DNA of 64,000 nt, from assembly GCA_963677695.2 (NCBI GenBank), contig CAXXUJ010000002.1:484777-548776 (forward strand), written 5' to 3'. The DNA comes from Sphaerochaetaceae bacterium (lineage in GTDB: Bacteria; Spirochaetota; Spirochaetia; Sphaerochaetales; Sphaerochaetaceae). Numbering within the stretch: the stretch's first letter is position 1; each line of letters starts with the position of its first letter. Shown in pieces: positions 26,229-36,684 of the stretch. The translations under genes were made by a program, and so were the position numbers. The notes under the pieces were generated by a model, which was not told the DNA's origin, made no database searches, and saw nothing but the letters and a program-made list of their open reading frames with translations.

Positions 26229-28913
26229 ATGAATGAAGACACTATCAGATCATTGTTAACAGAAGAGGCATGGACTCGTACGGCACTCACTACCTATACG
26301 GTGCCGATGTTTGAAGAGATCGATAAAACACTTGCAGATATAAAAAAAGGTGAAGAACTTCTTGAAGTAAAAAGCATCTGTGATGAACACCTGAAGAAAA
26401 ATAAAAACAGTATTGCAGCACTCTATATCTCCGGAGCTATTTCCGTCATGAGAAAATCATTCGATTACGGGAATATCACAAACCTGATCGAATCTTTTAT
26501 CGAGAACGGCAAGGACGGCATTGCGGAATTCCTCTCACTCAAGGTTCTCGAAGCCTTCGAAGATAAGTACGTACTGAGACTACTTGCTTCTGTGTATGAG
26601 AAGAATGACAAGACAGAAGAGGCTTTCTCTCTCTATGAACGCCTTGTCGCTGTTGATTTCGAGGAAACAGACCTCCTTATCACTCTCGCAGACAAAGCCC
26701 TTGAAGAGAATCAGAAGGAAAAGGCTATCGCCTACTACAAGAAGGCTTTCCAGCGTTACCTCAATGCACAGAGCTATCAGTCAGTTGTCGAAGTATTCAA
26801 TACTCTCTTCGAACAGATTGCAGATGAGTTCGCCTACCTGCTTTCACTGGCTCAGAAGATTGCCGAGAAGTTCCATGGTGAAGCGGCTTTCAAACCTATC
26901 GGTGCCCTCTATCAGATGAGTCTGGAAAAGAACAATCTCGATAACGCCATTGCAGCTATGAAGACCATCCTCGATATCGCACCTGCCAATGACTGGGCAC
27001 GTGAGCAGCTGGTGGCAACCTACAAGAAAAAATACGAAAACCACAGCAGACTCGCCTCCTGTATTGAAAGCAGCAACCTCGATAAGACGTATCGTGATAT
27101 CCACCTCGCAATAGGTGAATTTGAAAAGAACATCGCTTTTGACAAGGGATCCTTCGTATTCCACAAATCATGGAACATCGGACGCATCAAGGAGATCACA
27201 AGTGAGAAGGTTGTCATAGACTTTGCCTCAAAGCGCGGTCACTCCATGAGTCTCGCCATGGCCTTCAGTTCTCTCCAGGTTCTCCCTGCACAGCATATCT
27301 GGGTACTCAAATCCCTCTTCCCGAAGGAAAAACTCAAGGATAAATTCGTCTCTGATGTTCCCTGGGGTCTGAGAACTCTCATTCAGAGCGGCAACAATGC
27401 AGCGACACTGAAGGAGATGAAGAGTGAGATCGTACCTTCGATCCTGACTGCCAAGGAGTGGACAAGCTGGCTGAACAAGGCGAAGAAAGTTCTTATGAAT
27501 GATCCTCTCATCGGATTCCTTCCCAATGAGAATGATGTCTATACGGTTCGTGAGACTCCTATCAGCTATGAAGAAAAGTCTCTTGTCATCTTCAGAAATG
27601 AGAAGAGATTTTATTCTAAGGTGAAGATCATCAGGGACTTCCTCATAAGCGGAGACGTTGAATCAGATTTCTTCCTTGAGATGGTCAAATACTTCAGAGA
27701 CCAGTGCGGTATCTATCAGGGTGTGACTGACCAGGTTATATCCTCCTTCCTCCTTGTTGATTATCTTGCACACAAGTATCCCTTCATCTCGAAGCCGGAA
27801 GGAGCTGAGTTCAAGCACCTGTACGGTATGCTCGATTCCGTCGAAGAGACTTTCGAAGCAATCGATGATGCAGAACTGAAGAAGGCATTCATTGACAAGG
27901 TCGTAGAGAATGAGGACCCTGACAATGTTCCCATGGTTCTTGTCTCCCTCTACCCCTACTATCTCACCAGCTATATCATGGATTCACTGAGAGAACAGGG
28001 CAAGACACGTGTCATTTCTGATATGTTTAAGAAGGCATGCAGAAACTATAAAGAGAATTCCGACCTCTTCACCTACCTTTCCCGTTCCTATGACCGAAAA
28101 TACTGGGAAAAGAAGATAAGAATTCCTTTCGAGACCCTGATCACCTCTCAGCTGCAGCTGCTCGATTACGCCTTCAATGCCATTGAGGCCAAGAGAGCGA
28201 CTTCGGAGAATAAGAAGATTGTGAAGACTCTCACAACCATCCTTTTTGACGAGAGAACGATCTATCAGTTCCTTGATGAAGCAAATGAAGGACAGGCTCA
28301 GAGAATCAACTTTATCGTTCAGAGAATGGAATCACTCGAGATGTCTAAGAAGCTTGAGGTAAAGCACGTGATCCTTGAACGGTTCCCCGACTTTGTCTTC
28401 CTTGGTGAAGATCTCAATTCGAAGGAAATCGTCAGCAGCGGTCTCATGGTCACTAAATCACGCTATACTGAAAAGCAGAATGAACTTGACCGTATCATGA
28501 ATGTGGAGATCCCTGAGAACTCTAAGGAGATTGGTGCAGCACTCGAACTCGGTGACCTAAGAGAAAACTCCGAATTCAAGGCAGCGAAGGAAAAACAGGG
28601 CATTCTCAATGCCACGATGGTGAAACTCACTGACGAAATTTCCCGCGCAACAGTGATCACTCAGGATCAGGTTGATGCGAGCAAGGTTTCATTCGGTACC
28701 AAGGTTGCACTGAAGAACAACCTGTCAGGTGAAATGATTGAATACCGTATCCTTGGCCCCTGGGAATCTAATCCCAATGAGAATATCATAAGCTATCTTG
28801 CTCCCTTCGGAGCAAAGCTTCTCAACCATGTTCCAGGAGAACAGTTCACCTTCGAAATCAATGAGAAGCCGTATGACTTCACCGTTGAATCTATCGAAGC
28901 TATTACTGTGTAA
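26229..28913 (+). CDS. greA: transcription elongation factor GreA, long spirochaete-type form with a roughly 740-aa N-terminal extension
   Basis: The last ~155 aa are canonical GreA (ALELGDLRENSEFKAAKEKQGILNATMVKLTDEISRATVI...VSFGTKVAL...EYRILGPWESNP...ISYLAPFGAKLLNHVPGEQF). ATG at 26229 follows AAGGA. The ORF-track start at 26172 (TTG) lies inside the leader U-tract. Confidence 0.88.
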   Translation: MNEDTIRSLLTEEAWTRTALTTYTVPMFEEIDKTLADIKKGEELLEVKSICDEHLKKNKNSIAALYISGAISVMRKSFDYGNITNLIESFIENGKDGIAEFLSLKVLEAFEDKYVLRLLASVYEKNDKTEEAFSLYERLVAVDFEETDLLITLADKALEENQKEKAIAYYKKAFQRYLNAQSYQSVVEVFNTLFEQIADEFAYLLSLAQKIAEKFHGEAAFKPIGALYQMSLEKNNLDNAIAAMKTILDIAPANDWAREQLVATYKKKYENHSRLASCIESSNLDKTYRDIHLAIGEFEKNIAFDKGSFVFHKSWNIGRIKEITSEKVVIDFASKRGHSMSLAMAFSSLQVLPAQHIWVLKSLFPKEKLKDKFVSDVPWGLRTLIQSGNNAATLKEMKSEIVPSILTAKEWTSWLNKAKKVLMNDPLIGFLPNENDVYTVRETPISYEEKSLVIFRNEKRFYSKVKIIRDFLISGDVESDFFLEMVKYFRDQCGIYQGVTDQVISSFLLVDYLAHKYPFISKPEGAEFKHLYGMLDSVEETFEAIDDAELKKAFIDKVVENEDPDNVPMVLVSLYPYYLTSYIMDSLREQGKTRVISDMFKKACRNYKENSDLFTYLSRSYDRKYWEKKIRIPFETLITSQLQLLDYAFNAIEAKRATSENKKIVKTLTTILFDERTIYQFLDEANEGQAQRINFIVQRMESLEMSKKLEVKHVILERFPDFVFLGEDLNSKEIVSSGLMVTKSRYTEKQNELDRIMNVEIPENSKEIGAALELGDLRENSEFKAAKEKQGILNATMVKLTDEISRATVITQDQVDASKVSFGTKVALKNNLSGEMIEYRILGPWESNPNENIISYLAPFGAKLLNHVPGEQFTFEINEKPYDFTVESIEAITV

Positions 28914-28937
28914 TTGAAACTTCACTGAGAATTGATC

Positions 28938-28967
28938 AGCACCCGGAAACGGGTGCTTTTCCTTTTC
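28938..28967 (+). terminator. intrinsic terminator of greA
   Basis: AGCACCCG-GAAA-CGGGTGCT, an 8-bp GC-rich stem with a GAAA loop, followed by TTTTCCTTTTCC. Confidence 0.75.
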
Positions 28968-28968
28968 C

Positions 28969-30513
28969 TTATGATGATTTCCGAATGAATGAGATGATAT
29001 TGACTCCAATCATTCTATAGAGTCCGAGAGCACTCAGGAGGGCTGAGGCGAAGATGGCTGAGAGAATGCCGAGAGAAGTAAAGGAAGAACCTCCGCTCCA
29101 CCAGCTGCTTCCCAGCCACCGATCGAGCAGAGATAGGAGAATAGCGAGAACGGCGTTCACGGCAAGTATTCCTGTCACCTTGAGAAGAAAGGTCCTGTTC
29201 ACAAGCTGTATAAGTCCCTTAGTGGAGAGGTAGACCATATAGATGACACTTCCGAGTATGAATGAGCATGTGTTTGCCAGTGCTATCGATGCAATAGAGG
29301 GGTTCATCCTGATAAGAACAGCTGTCAAAGTAATATCGACAGCGGCGATGATGATTGCAATGATGAATACCTGCTTCTCCCGGTCATCTGCATAGCATAT
29401 TCTCTGAAAGAATCCGTACAGAGCAGCAGCCGGCATTCCGATAGCGAAATAGGTGAGAGCCTCCCCTGTCCTGATACTGTCCTGAAGTGTAAATTCCCCG
29501 CTTTGAAGCAGCACTGATGCCGTTTCTGATCCGAAGAAATAGAGAAGAAGAAGATTCGGAAATAAAGTTGCGACCAGGAGTGTGATCCCGTGCCGTGTGA
29601 TATGGTGCAGCTGTGTTTTCTCTGTTAGTGATGCGGCTTTCACAAGCTGCGGAAAAAAAGCGGTCGCTATGGCAGCATAGAAGATCCCGTAGGGTGCCTG
29701 CCAGATAATGATAGCGTTCGCAAAGGAGGTGACACTTCCTGTAACAAGAGTCGATGCGAAATAGTAGGCAACCTGCTGTGATATGATTGCGATAAGGGCA
29801 TTCACAGTTATGAATCCCCATTTCTTCATGATCTGTCTTGTCTCATCTGTAAACGGGTTCCTTGTAAGTCGTAGGGTGTACCCGTAGGAGCGAAGCTTTA
29901 TCCAGGTGAAAACAAGCTGTCCCCCTCCCCCGACTATCACACCCACTGCCATTGCGTATGCCCCGATATAGGGTTCAAGAAGGTAAAGAGATGCAATGAG
30001 GCTCATGGAAAAGATGAGAGGCGCTGCTGCTCCTCTCATGAATTCACCATGAACATTCAGTACTCCGGTAAATAGAGCATAGAGGGAGATAAGCACAAGA
30101 TAGAGAGTGAAGAAGATCAGGAGATTTCCAGACAGGGTTATCATGGAAGGGTCGGAGAAATCACTGAGGAAGGAGATGATCTGTCTGTTGAACATGAGAA
30201 CAATCAGGGTAATTCCTGAGAACAGTATCAACTGAATAGTGACCATCTGTTTCAGCAGAGATCGGGCATCCTTTTTTTCATGGAGTGTCCTTGTGAAAAT
30301 GGGAATGAAGGCCGAATTGAAGGCACCCTCTGCGAACAGTTTCCTGAAGTTGTTCGGGATGTTGAAAGTGAAGTTGATCACATCGCCGAGCATCGAGGCC
30401 CCGAAAAGGACTGCAAGGACACGTGCTTTGAAAATGCCGAGGACTCTCGAGAGGAGAGTGAATATCATGAGAGTAGTTGAATGAACCTGCCTCTCATGAT
30501 CATTTCCCTGCAT
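28969..30513 (-). CDS. murJ: lipid II flippase MurJ (MviN family)
   Basis: 514 aa and polytopic. N-terminal TLLSRVLGIFKARVLAVLFGAS and GAFNSAFIPIF motifs are typical of MurJ. Confidence 0.9.
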   Translation of the reverse strand: MQGNDHERQVHSTTLMIFTLLSRVLGIFKARVLAVLFGASMLGDVINFTFNIPNNFRKLFAEGAFNSAFIPIFTRTLHEKKDARSLLKQMVTIQLILFSGITLIVLMFNRQIISFLSDFSDPSMITLSGNLLIFFTLYLVLISLYALFTGVLNVHGEFMRGAAAPLIFSMSLIASLYLLEPYIGAYAMAVGVIVGGGGQLVFTWIKLRSYGYTLRLTRNPFTDETRQIMKKWGFITVNALIAIISQQVAYYFASTLVTGSVTSFANAIIIWQAPYGIFYAAIATAFFPQLVKAASLTEKTQLHHITRHGITLLVATLFPNLLLLYFFGSETASVLLQSGEFTLQDSIRTGEALTYFAIGMPAAALYGFFQRICYADDREKQVFIIAIIIAAVDITLTAVLIRMNPSIASIALANTCSFILGSVIYMVYLSTKGLIQLVNRTFLLKVTGILAVNAVLAILLSLLDRWLGSSWWSGGSSFTSLGILSAIFASALLSALGLYRMIGVNIISFIRKSS

Positions 30514-31624
30514 AATACCTGTCCAGATATGATTTTTTAAATTCAGGGAATCTATCTTCTGCGATTGCGGACCTTACTCTTTCCATAAAATGATAGAGAT
30601 ATGCAAGGTTATGCTCTGTTGCAAGCATACCGGCAATCATCTCCTTAGCCTTGAACACATGACGCAGATATCCTCTGGAGTACTGTGTACAGGCCCTGCA
30701 GGTACACCCTTCCTGAATCGGCCCGTCATCAAATTCATGTTTTGCCTTTTTCAGCTGAATCATTCCGTCATCGGTGAACACTGAACCGTTACGTGCTGTC
30801 CTTGTTGCAAGAACGCAGTCAAACACATCGATACCGTTGGCTACCGCCTCCAGTATATAATCGGGAGTGCCGATACCCATTACATACCGTGGCCTGTCGG
30901 AAGGAAGGAACTGGGTCGTATAGGCCAGGTAGTCTGCAAACTGCTGGCTTGTTTCTCCTACACTGAGACCGCCGATAGCGATCCCGGGGAAACCCATCTC
31001 ACTGATTGCAAGTGCACTCTCTTTTCTCAGGTCCTGGTAGAAATTTCCCTGTACGATCCCGAACAGATTCCTTTCTCCACCTGTGTTCATCCAGTGATCG
31101 TAGGAGCGCTGAGCCCATTTCCTTGTTGTTTCCCAGGCGATCTTCGCTTCCTTATGAGGAATATCGGGAGCGGTACATACATCAAGAACCATCATGATAT
31201 CGCTTCCGATCACATTCTGTACATCAACAACCTTCTCAGGAGTGAGCATATGACGTGACCCGTCGATATGAGACTGGAAGATCACTCCCTCTTCTTTGAT
31301 CTTTCTCAAACCTGAAAGGCTGAAGACCTGAAAGCCTCCGCTGTCTGTGAGAATATTATGATTCCAGTTACTGAACTTGTGGAGTCCGCCAAAATGTTTC
31401 AGTACCTCCACGCCTGGACGGAGATAGAGGTGATAGGTATTGGCGAGGATAAGGTTGTACCCCAGTCCTTCCACATTCTCATGGTATATCCCTTTCACCG
31501 TACCGTTTGTTCCTACCGGCATAAAGGCAGGGGTTAGGACATCACCATGATCAAGATGGAGAATTCCGGTACGAGCGGCTGTCGAGGGGTGAGTATGGGT
31601 AATGGTGTGTATCTTTTTCATCAA
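30500..31624 (-). CDS. tgt: tRNA-guanosine(34) transglycosylase (queuine tRNA-ribosyltransferase)
   Basis: 374 aa. TPAFMPVGT, TDSGGFQVFSL, GIAIGGLSVGE, the zinc site CTCRACTQYSRGYLRH and DCVLATRTARNG. Confidence 0.96.
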   Translation of the reverse strand: MMKKIHTITHTHPSTAARTGILHLDHGDVLTPAFMPVGTNGTVKGIYHENVEGLGYNLILANTYHLYLRPGVEVLKHFGGLHKFSNWNHNILTDSGGFQVFSLSGLRKIKEEGVIFQSHIDGSRHMLTPEKVVDVQNVIGSDIMMVLDVCTAPDIPHKEAKIAWETTRKWAQRSYDHWMNTGGERNLFGIVQGNFYQDLRKESALAISEMGFPGIAIGGLSVGETSQQFADYLAYTTQFLPSDRPRYVMGIGTPDYILEAVANGIDVFDCVLATRTARNGSVFTDDGMIQLKKAKHEFDDGPIQEGCTCRACTQYSRGYLRHVFKAKEMIAGMLATEHNLAYLYHFMERVRSAIAEDRFPEFKKSYLDRYYAGK

Positions 31625-32704
31625 TTATTTCCTTCGGAGGATAAGTACCGTTCCCGCTGCTGCAAACAGAAATGCAGGAGGAATGAAAAGAGCATACGCA
31701 GATGCTACAATCTCCTGCCGAGCCAGTATCGTACCTGATAGTATCAGGACATAATAGATCACTGCAATACTGATGCTGGTAATGATGCTGAGAACAAGAA
31801 CATTCTTTTTCCATGGAATGACCGTCGCACACGAGATCATGATTAGGATCAGAGGAGCGAAGTTCATACTGATCCTCTGGTAGAGGTCAACCTCATATCC
31901 TTTATACGACGGGTTATGCACTCTTCTCAGTGTATCGACATAGGCAAAAGCCGCCTTCATATCCATCGTGTTAATATCGACAGAACGTTGAGAAATCACC
32001 TGGGGACTTAGATCAAACTCAGGAAGTACAAGGGTATCGAATGAGAGAGAGTGTATCTTCCCCTCTTCATCTATCTTGTATAGGTGAATGTCCTCAGCTT
32101 CCCATGCTCCTGCAGCGTACTGAGCCCTTTTTGCATTATAGCGATCGGTGAGCTGACCATCTTCATCGAGAAGGAAGAGAGATAGGGTGGAGAATGATTC
32201 AGTTTTTTCATTGTACCGGCGTGCGTACATCACATACCTGCCGTCCTCATCGGTGAGAATAAGCTTTGAAGAGTAATCGGAAGAGGTTGTATCAAGAATC
32301 ATTTCCTCATAGTCGCTCTTCATCACCTTGAACTGCCTTGTAAGGTGTTCGTTAAAGACAAAGAAGAGAGATGTAAGAAGGAGAGCTGTAACGATAAGAG
32401 GGATGATGATCCGTGTAAAGGAATATCCTGAGTTGGCGAGTATGATCATTTCATTGTTCGCATACATCATAGAAAGCATATAGGTTGATGCGAACAGGGC
32501 TGAGGGCGGCAGTGTGAACGAGATTGCCTCGGGGAGGAACATCAGTGTTGAAAGAAGCATCTGATAGAGTGTTGCTTCTGCCTGCAGGTATCGTTCGAGA
32601 TTGCTGAAGACATCAAAGAGTAGCATGATGAAGGTAAGCAGGAGCACTGTGATACTGAGGAGCTGTAGGAATGAGATGATGATATATCGATCTATTCTTT
32701 TCAT
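31625..32704 (-). CDS. LptF/LptG-family (YjgP/YjgQ) permease, second of a tandem pair
   Basis: I prefer the Met at 32704 (MKRIDRYII...), which forms an ATGA overlap with the upstream paralogue's stop. It has 6 TM helices with a central periplasmic domain. Confidence 0.8.
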   Translation of the reverse strand: MKRIDRYIIISFLQLLSITVLLLTFIMLLFDVFSNLERYLQAEATLYQMLLSTLMFLPEAISFTLPPSALFASTYMLSMMYANNEMIILANSGYSFTRIIIPLIVTALLLTSLFFVFNEHLTRQFKVMKSDYEEMILDTTSSDYSSKLILTDEDGRYVMYARRYNEKTESFSTLSLFLLDEDGQLTDRYNAKRAQYAAGAWEAEDIHLYKIDEEGKIHSLSFDTLVLPEFDLSPQVISQRSVDINTMDMKAAFAYVDTLRRVHNPSYKGYEVDLYQRISMNFAPLILIMISCATVIPWKKNVLVLSIITSISIAVIYYVLILSGTILARQEIVASAYALFIPPAFLFAAAGTVLILRRK

Positions 32705-33987
32705 ACACGCCTCAACCTGAGCAGAAGTGTTGTGGAAATCAGCAGGATCACCGCATTCGGTGCCCACATGAGAAAGAGAGGATGCATACTCGTTTTAATA
32801 ATCTGTGTCTGTGCGACAAACAGCATCGCCCAGTAAAAGGCAGCGACAAGGAGAGAAAGGCCGAACCCGAAGAGTCTGCCGTGCCTGATCTTCACAAAAG
32901 AGAGAGGGAACGTAATGAGTGTGAGGATGAGGGCACTGGCACTCAGGGCGAATTTCTTATGAAGTTCAGCTCTGTAGTATTGGAGATAGAAATTGATCGG
33001 CACATGGCTTTCCAGCGTATCTTTCTCCTGCTGCAGTGTCTCTATTTCAGCTTCTGCATCCGCCCCCGCACTTCCGTCGATCACAGACTGTTCCAGCTGT
33101 ACTATCTGCTCGTCCAGCTTCGCTATCTTATTATCATGTTCTTCTATCGCTTTATCCCGATCTTTCACTCTGGTGGCGATTTTAGCAAGGAGATCCCTCG
33201 TGCTCATCTGAGAAGGAGTGACATTTCTCACCTGTTCTACTTCCCCGCTGAAATCTAGGTAATAGCTTAACGATTCTCCGTTCCCCAACCTGTAATCATC
33301 GGGATTAGAAGCATTGCTGCTCAGAATTTGAACATCATTGAGATCAAGTCTATAGATGAACTTGCGGGTATCGATCAGTTCGAGAGATCCGTCTGCTGCG
33401 CTGATCGTTATCTGTTCACCGGAATTGTCTGTCGTAAAGAGGAGAGGATTATTCACATACCCCTCACTCACTTCCTGGGTGACAATGACCACATCTCCCA
33501 CTTCATTCACCGAATAGGGCTGGAGTTCCATGGTCGGCAGTGTTCTCAGAAGTTCGGTGTAGAGCCGTTTGAACTGAAGGTGTGAGACGGGGAGAAGCGC
33601 ATCGGCAATAATGAAGGTAAGAATACTGAGAAAGCATGCTCCTATGATGATAGCACGGAACATTTGTGACAGAGAGATTCCGATAGCACGAAAGGCGATG
33701 ATCTCATTATGGGATGAGAGGTTGCCTATCACCATGGAAGCACCGCTGAGTGTGGAGAACGGTATGGTATAGAGAAGTATCTGAGGCATGCTCAGCGCCA
33801 CAAGGGTGAACATATCTCTGACAGGTACCTGTTTAAGCAGGATGCGCTGGGCATAGAGCAGTATCTGATTGATAAAGAATATGAAAAAGAAAAAGAGGAA
33901 GGCGACTATGAATGAGATGAGAAATTCGCGGGCGATGTACCCATGTACCAGAGAGAGTCTGGAACGATCATGACCCCGATGCCCCAT
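32701..33987 (-). CDS. LptF/LptG-family (YjgP/YjgQ) permease, first of a tandem pair, with a coiled-coil insertion
   Basis: The Met at 33987 is preceded by AGGAG with a 6-nt spacing, just after the dut stop. YIAREFLISFIVAF N-terminus and YRAELHKKFALSASALILTLITFPLS motifs are typical of the family. Confidence 0.8.
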   Translation of the reverse strand: MGHRGHDRSRLSLVHGYIAREFLISFIVAFLFFFFIFFINQILLYAQRILLKQVPVRDMFTLVALSMPQILLYTIPFSTLSGASMVIGNLSSHNEIIAFRAIGISLSQMFRAIIIGACFLSILTFIIADALLPVSHLQFKRLYTELLRTLPTMELQPYSVNEVGDVVIVTQEVSEGYVNNPLLFTTDNSGEQITISAADGSLELIDTRKFIYRLDLNDVQILSSNASNPDDYRLGNGESLSYYLDFSGEVEQVRNVTPSQMSTRDLLAKIATRVKDRDKAIEEHDNKIAKLDEQIVQLEQSVIDGSAGADAEAEIETLQQEKDTLESHVPINFYLQYYRAELHKKFALSASALILTLITFPLSFVKIRHGRLFGFGLSLLVAAFYWAMLFVAQTQIIKTSMHPLFLMWAPNAVILLISTTLLLRLRRV

Positions 33988-33988
33988 A

Positions 33989-34435
33989 TCAGACTCCTGT
34001 TGAACCGAATCCTCCACTTCCCCTGTGGGTATCACTTGTAGAGTGTGTCGGGATGTACTGAGCTTTAATGACTGGCGCTATGATGAGCTGGGCGATTCGG
34101 TCTCCATTATTGATGACAAAATCTTCCTCGCCGTGGTTGATGAGGATGACCCCAACCTCTCCCCGATAATCAGAGTCGATTGTGCCGGGGGAGTTGAGTA
34201 CGGTTACACCGTACTTGGCAGCAAGGCCGCTTCTCGGTCTCACCTGCCCTTCATATCCTGAAGGGATTTCAACGATAAGACCGGTGGGTATGATTGCTCT
34301 GCCGCCTTTTGATGCGAGAGTGACAGGTGCATCCGGAAGGAAAGCCTTCAGATCAGCACCTGCCGCCTCTATTGAGCCGTATTCGGGGAGACCACTACCC
34401 TCTTTTCTTTCTACGAGAACTGTAAGCAGATCCAT
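33989..34435 (-). CDS. dut: dUTP diphosphatase
   Basis: 148 aa. Motifs AGADL, RPRSGLA, NSPGTIDSDYRGE and GGFGSTG. Confidence 0.94.
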   Translation of the reverse strand: MDLLTVLVERKEGSGLPEYGSIEAAGADLKAFLPDAPVTLASKGGRAIIPTGLIVEIPSGYEGQVRPRSGLAAKYGVTVLNSPGTIDSDYRGEVGVILINHGEEDFVINNGDRIAQLIIAPVIKAQYIPTHSTSDTHRGSGGFGSTGV

Positions 34436-34452
34436 CTCCCCTCGGCTCCTTT

Positions 34453-36561
34453 TTATTTCTTTTCCTGATCTTCGAGAGCGTCGATATAGGAGAGATTGAG
34501 TCTGCCCATTCTATCGATATCAAGAAGCTTCACAGGAATCTGCTGATTGACTTCGAGTACGTCATTCACATTGTTCACGCGCTTTCTTGCAAGTTTGGAA
34601 ATGTGGCAGAGACCTTCCTTACCGGGGAGAATTTCAACGAATGCACCGAAGTCCATGATTCTCTTGACAGTTCCCTGGTAGATACGACCTGCTTCAGGTT
34701 CCTCAACGATTGCCTTAACGAGTTCAAGTGCCTTGGTTGCAGATTCGCTGTTCTTACCGTAGATCATCACAGTACCGTCATTGTCGATATTGACTTCTGC
34801 ACCGGTCTGTTCTGCAATACCCTTGATCGTCTTACCACCGGTTCCGATGACAGCACCGATCTTCTCTTCATCAACCTTGATAGTGAGAATCTTGGGAGCG
34901 TACTTGGAAATATCGGCACGGGGAGCGTCAATGGTCTTTTCCATGATTCCGAGGATGTGCATTCTTCCAGCTTTGGCCTGTTCAAGAGCCTTAGCCATGA
35001 TCTCGCGGGTGACACCTGCAATCTTGATATCCATCTGGAAAGCAGTAATACCCTTTCTTGAGCCGGCTACCTTGAAGTCCATGTCGCCGAGGTGGTCTTC
35101 CTCACCGAGAATGTCGGAAAGGACAGAATATCTTGAGTAGTCCTCACCTTCGGTGATAAGACCCATCGCAATACCTGCTACCATATCCTTCACCTTGACA
35201 CCTGCATCCATCAGTGAGAGACAACCGCCGCAGACTGAAGCCATGGAGGATGAACCGTTTGATTCGAGGATCTCGGAAACGATTCTCATGGTGTACGGGA
35301 ACTCTTCCTTAGAAGGGATGACACCTTCGATCGCTCTAAGAGCGAGGTGACCGTGACCGATCTCTCTTCTACCTGTGGTAAGTCTTCCTGTTTCACCGAC
35401 ACTGTAGGGAGGGAAGTTGTAGTGCAGCATGAAGTTGCTGAATCTCTTCTCACCGTCGATCGTGTCAAACATCTGCTCATCACTTGCTGTACCGAGTGTT
35501 GTGGTAGCAAGAGCCTGGGTTTCACCACGTGTAAAGAGTGCTGAACCGTGGGTTCTTGAAAGGACGCCAACCTCACAGGTGATAGGTCTGATCTCATCAA
35601 CCTTTCTTCCGTCAACGCGGACACCATCATCAAGGATGGAAGAGCGGAGAATGGTGTATTCAAGGTCTTCAAAGAGCTTGGCGAACTTTTCAGGCTTCTC
35701 ATTCTCTTCGAGGAGAGCTGCGAACTTTTCAGCTGCTTCTGTCTTTACGTTCTTGATTGCTTCGTGTCTTTCAGCCTTACCCTTTACGAAGGATGCTTCC
35801 TTGATCAGCGGGAAAGCCCATTCCTTGACGGGATCGAGGAATGACATGTCCTCATCGAGTTCCATCAGTGGAAGCTTTTCCTTCCCGGCAATCTTTGCAA
35901 GTTCGATCTGGATCTTACAGAGGTCTGAGATGACAGGCTGTGCAGTCTCGATTGCCATAAGCATCTGTTCTTCAGACACCTGCTTTGCTCCACCTTCAAC
36001 CATTGTGATACCTTTTTCGGTACCGGCAACGACGATTTCGAGCTCGGCATCTTCAATCTGCTGGAACGTGGGGTTCAGAACATATTCACCACCAATGAGC
36101 GCAACTCTGAGAGCTGCGATCGGGCCGTTGAACGGGATATCTGAAATAGTGACTGCTGCTGAGCTGGCAATCATTGCAATGATATCTGGCGGGTTGGTCA
36201 TGTCTGAAGAGATGACGGTCGGTACGACCTGGATCTCACGGCCGAAGGCCTTGTCGAACAGGGGTCTCATAGGACGGTCAATCAGACGGGAGACGAGAAT
36301 CTCCTTGTCTTTGGGTCTTCCTTCTCTTTTAAGGAAACCGCCTGGGATTTTACCTGCTGCGTAATATTTTTCGTTGTATTCCACCTGGAGGGGAACATAA
36401 TCGAGGGGAGAGTCAGGCTGTCTGCCTGCACATACTGTTGCCAGTACTGAGGATCCCTCGAATGAAGCGAAAACAGAGCCGTTTGCCTGTTTTGCCATTT
36501 TTCCGGTTTCAAGAATCAGTGTTCCTGAATTAAGCTTGAATTCTACTTTTTTAGTTTCCAT
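34453..36561 (-). CDS. pnp: polyribonucleotide nucleotidyltransferase (PNPase)
   Basis: 702 aa with two RNase PH domains, a KH domain ([14 protein letters not shown]) and an S1 domain ([26 protein letters not shown]). Confidence 0.98.
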   Translation of the reverse strand: METKKVEFKLNSGTLILETGKMAKQANGSVFASFEGSSVLATVCAGRQPDSPLDYVPLQVEYNEKYYAAGKIPGGFLKREGRPKDKEILVSRLIDRPMRPLFDKAFGREIQVVPTVISSDMTNPPDIIAMIASSAAVTISDIPFNGPIAALRVALIGGEYVLNPTFQQIEDAELEIVVAGTEKGITMVEGGAKQVSEEQMLMAIETAQPVISDLCKIQIELAKIAGKEKLPLMELDEDMSFLDPVKEWAFPLIKEASFVKGKAERHEAIKNVKTEAAEKFAALLEENEKPEKFAKLFEDLEYTILRSSILDDGVRVDGRKVDEIRPITCEVGVLSRTHGSALFTRGETQALATTTLGTASDEQMFDTIDGEKRFSNFMLHYNFPPYSVGETGRLTTGRREIGHGHLALRAIEGVIPSKEEFPYTMRIVSEILESNGSSSMASVCGGCLSLMDAGVKVKDMVAGIAMGLITEGEDYSRYSVLSDILGEEDHLGDMDFKVAGSRKGITAFQMDIKIAGVTREIMAKALEQAKAGRMHILGIMEKTIDAPRADISKYAPKILTIKVDEEKIGAVIGTGGKTIKGIAEQTGAEVNIDNDGTVMIYGKNSESATKALELVKAIVEEPEAGRIYQGTVKRIMDFGAFVEILPGKEGLCHISKLARKRVNNVNDVLEVNQQIPVKLLDIDRMGRLNLSYIDALEDQEKK

Positions 36562-36602
36562 GTTTTCCTACTTCTTTCTTTTCGTTCTTTTATACTTCTC
36601 AT

Positions 36603-36651
36603 CAACAAAGAAAAGGCCTCCGCGTTGCCCTTACAGGTAACAATTGGAGGC
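36603..36651 (-). terminator. rpsO terminator / pnp leader hairpin
   Basis: On the minus-strand RNA: GCCUCC...GGAGGC (6-bp GC-rich base) enclosing a second imperfect stem (GUUACC/GGCAAC, one A-C mismatch), followed by CUUUUCUUUGUUG. It lies between rpsO and pnp. Confidence 0.6.
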
Positions 36652-36684
36652 TGTTCTCTGCTAATTCTTTGAATGTAACATCAC

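Noticed and set aside
35429-36364. A 311-aa ORF on the plus strand inside pnp, the longest unexplained ORF in the track.
   Set aside because: It lies entirely antisense to a full-length, highly conserved PNPase. Its translation is Ser/Ile/Ala-rich with no motif or SD. This is typical of a stop-poor antisense frame of a conserved gene.
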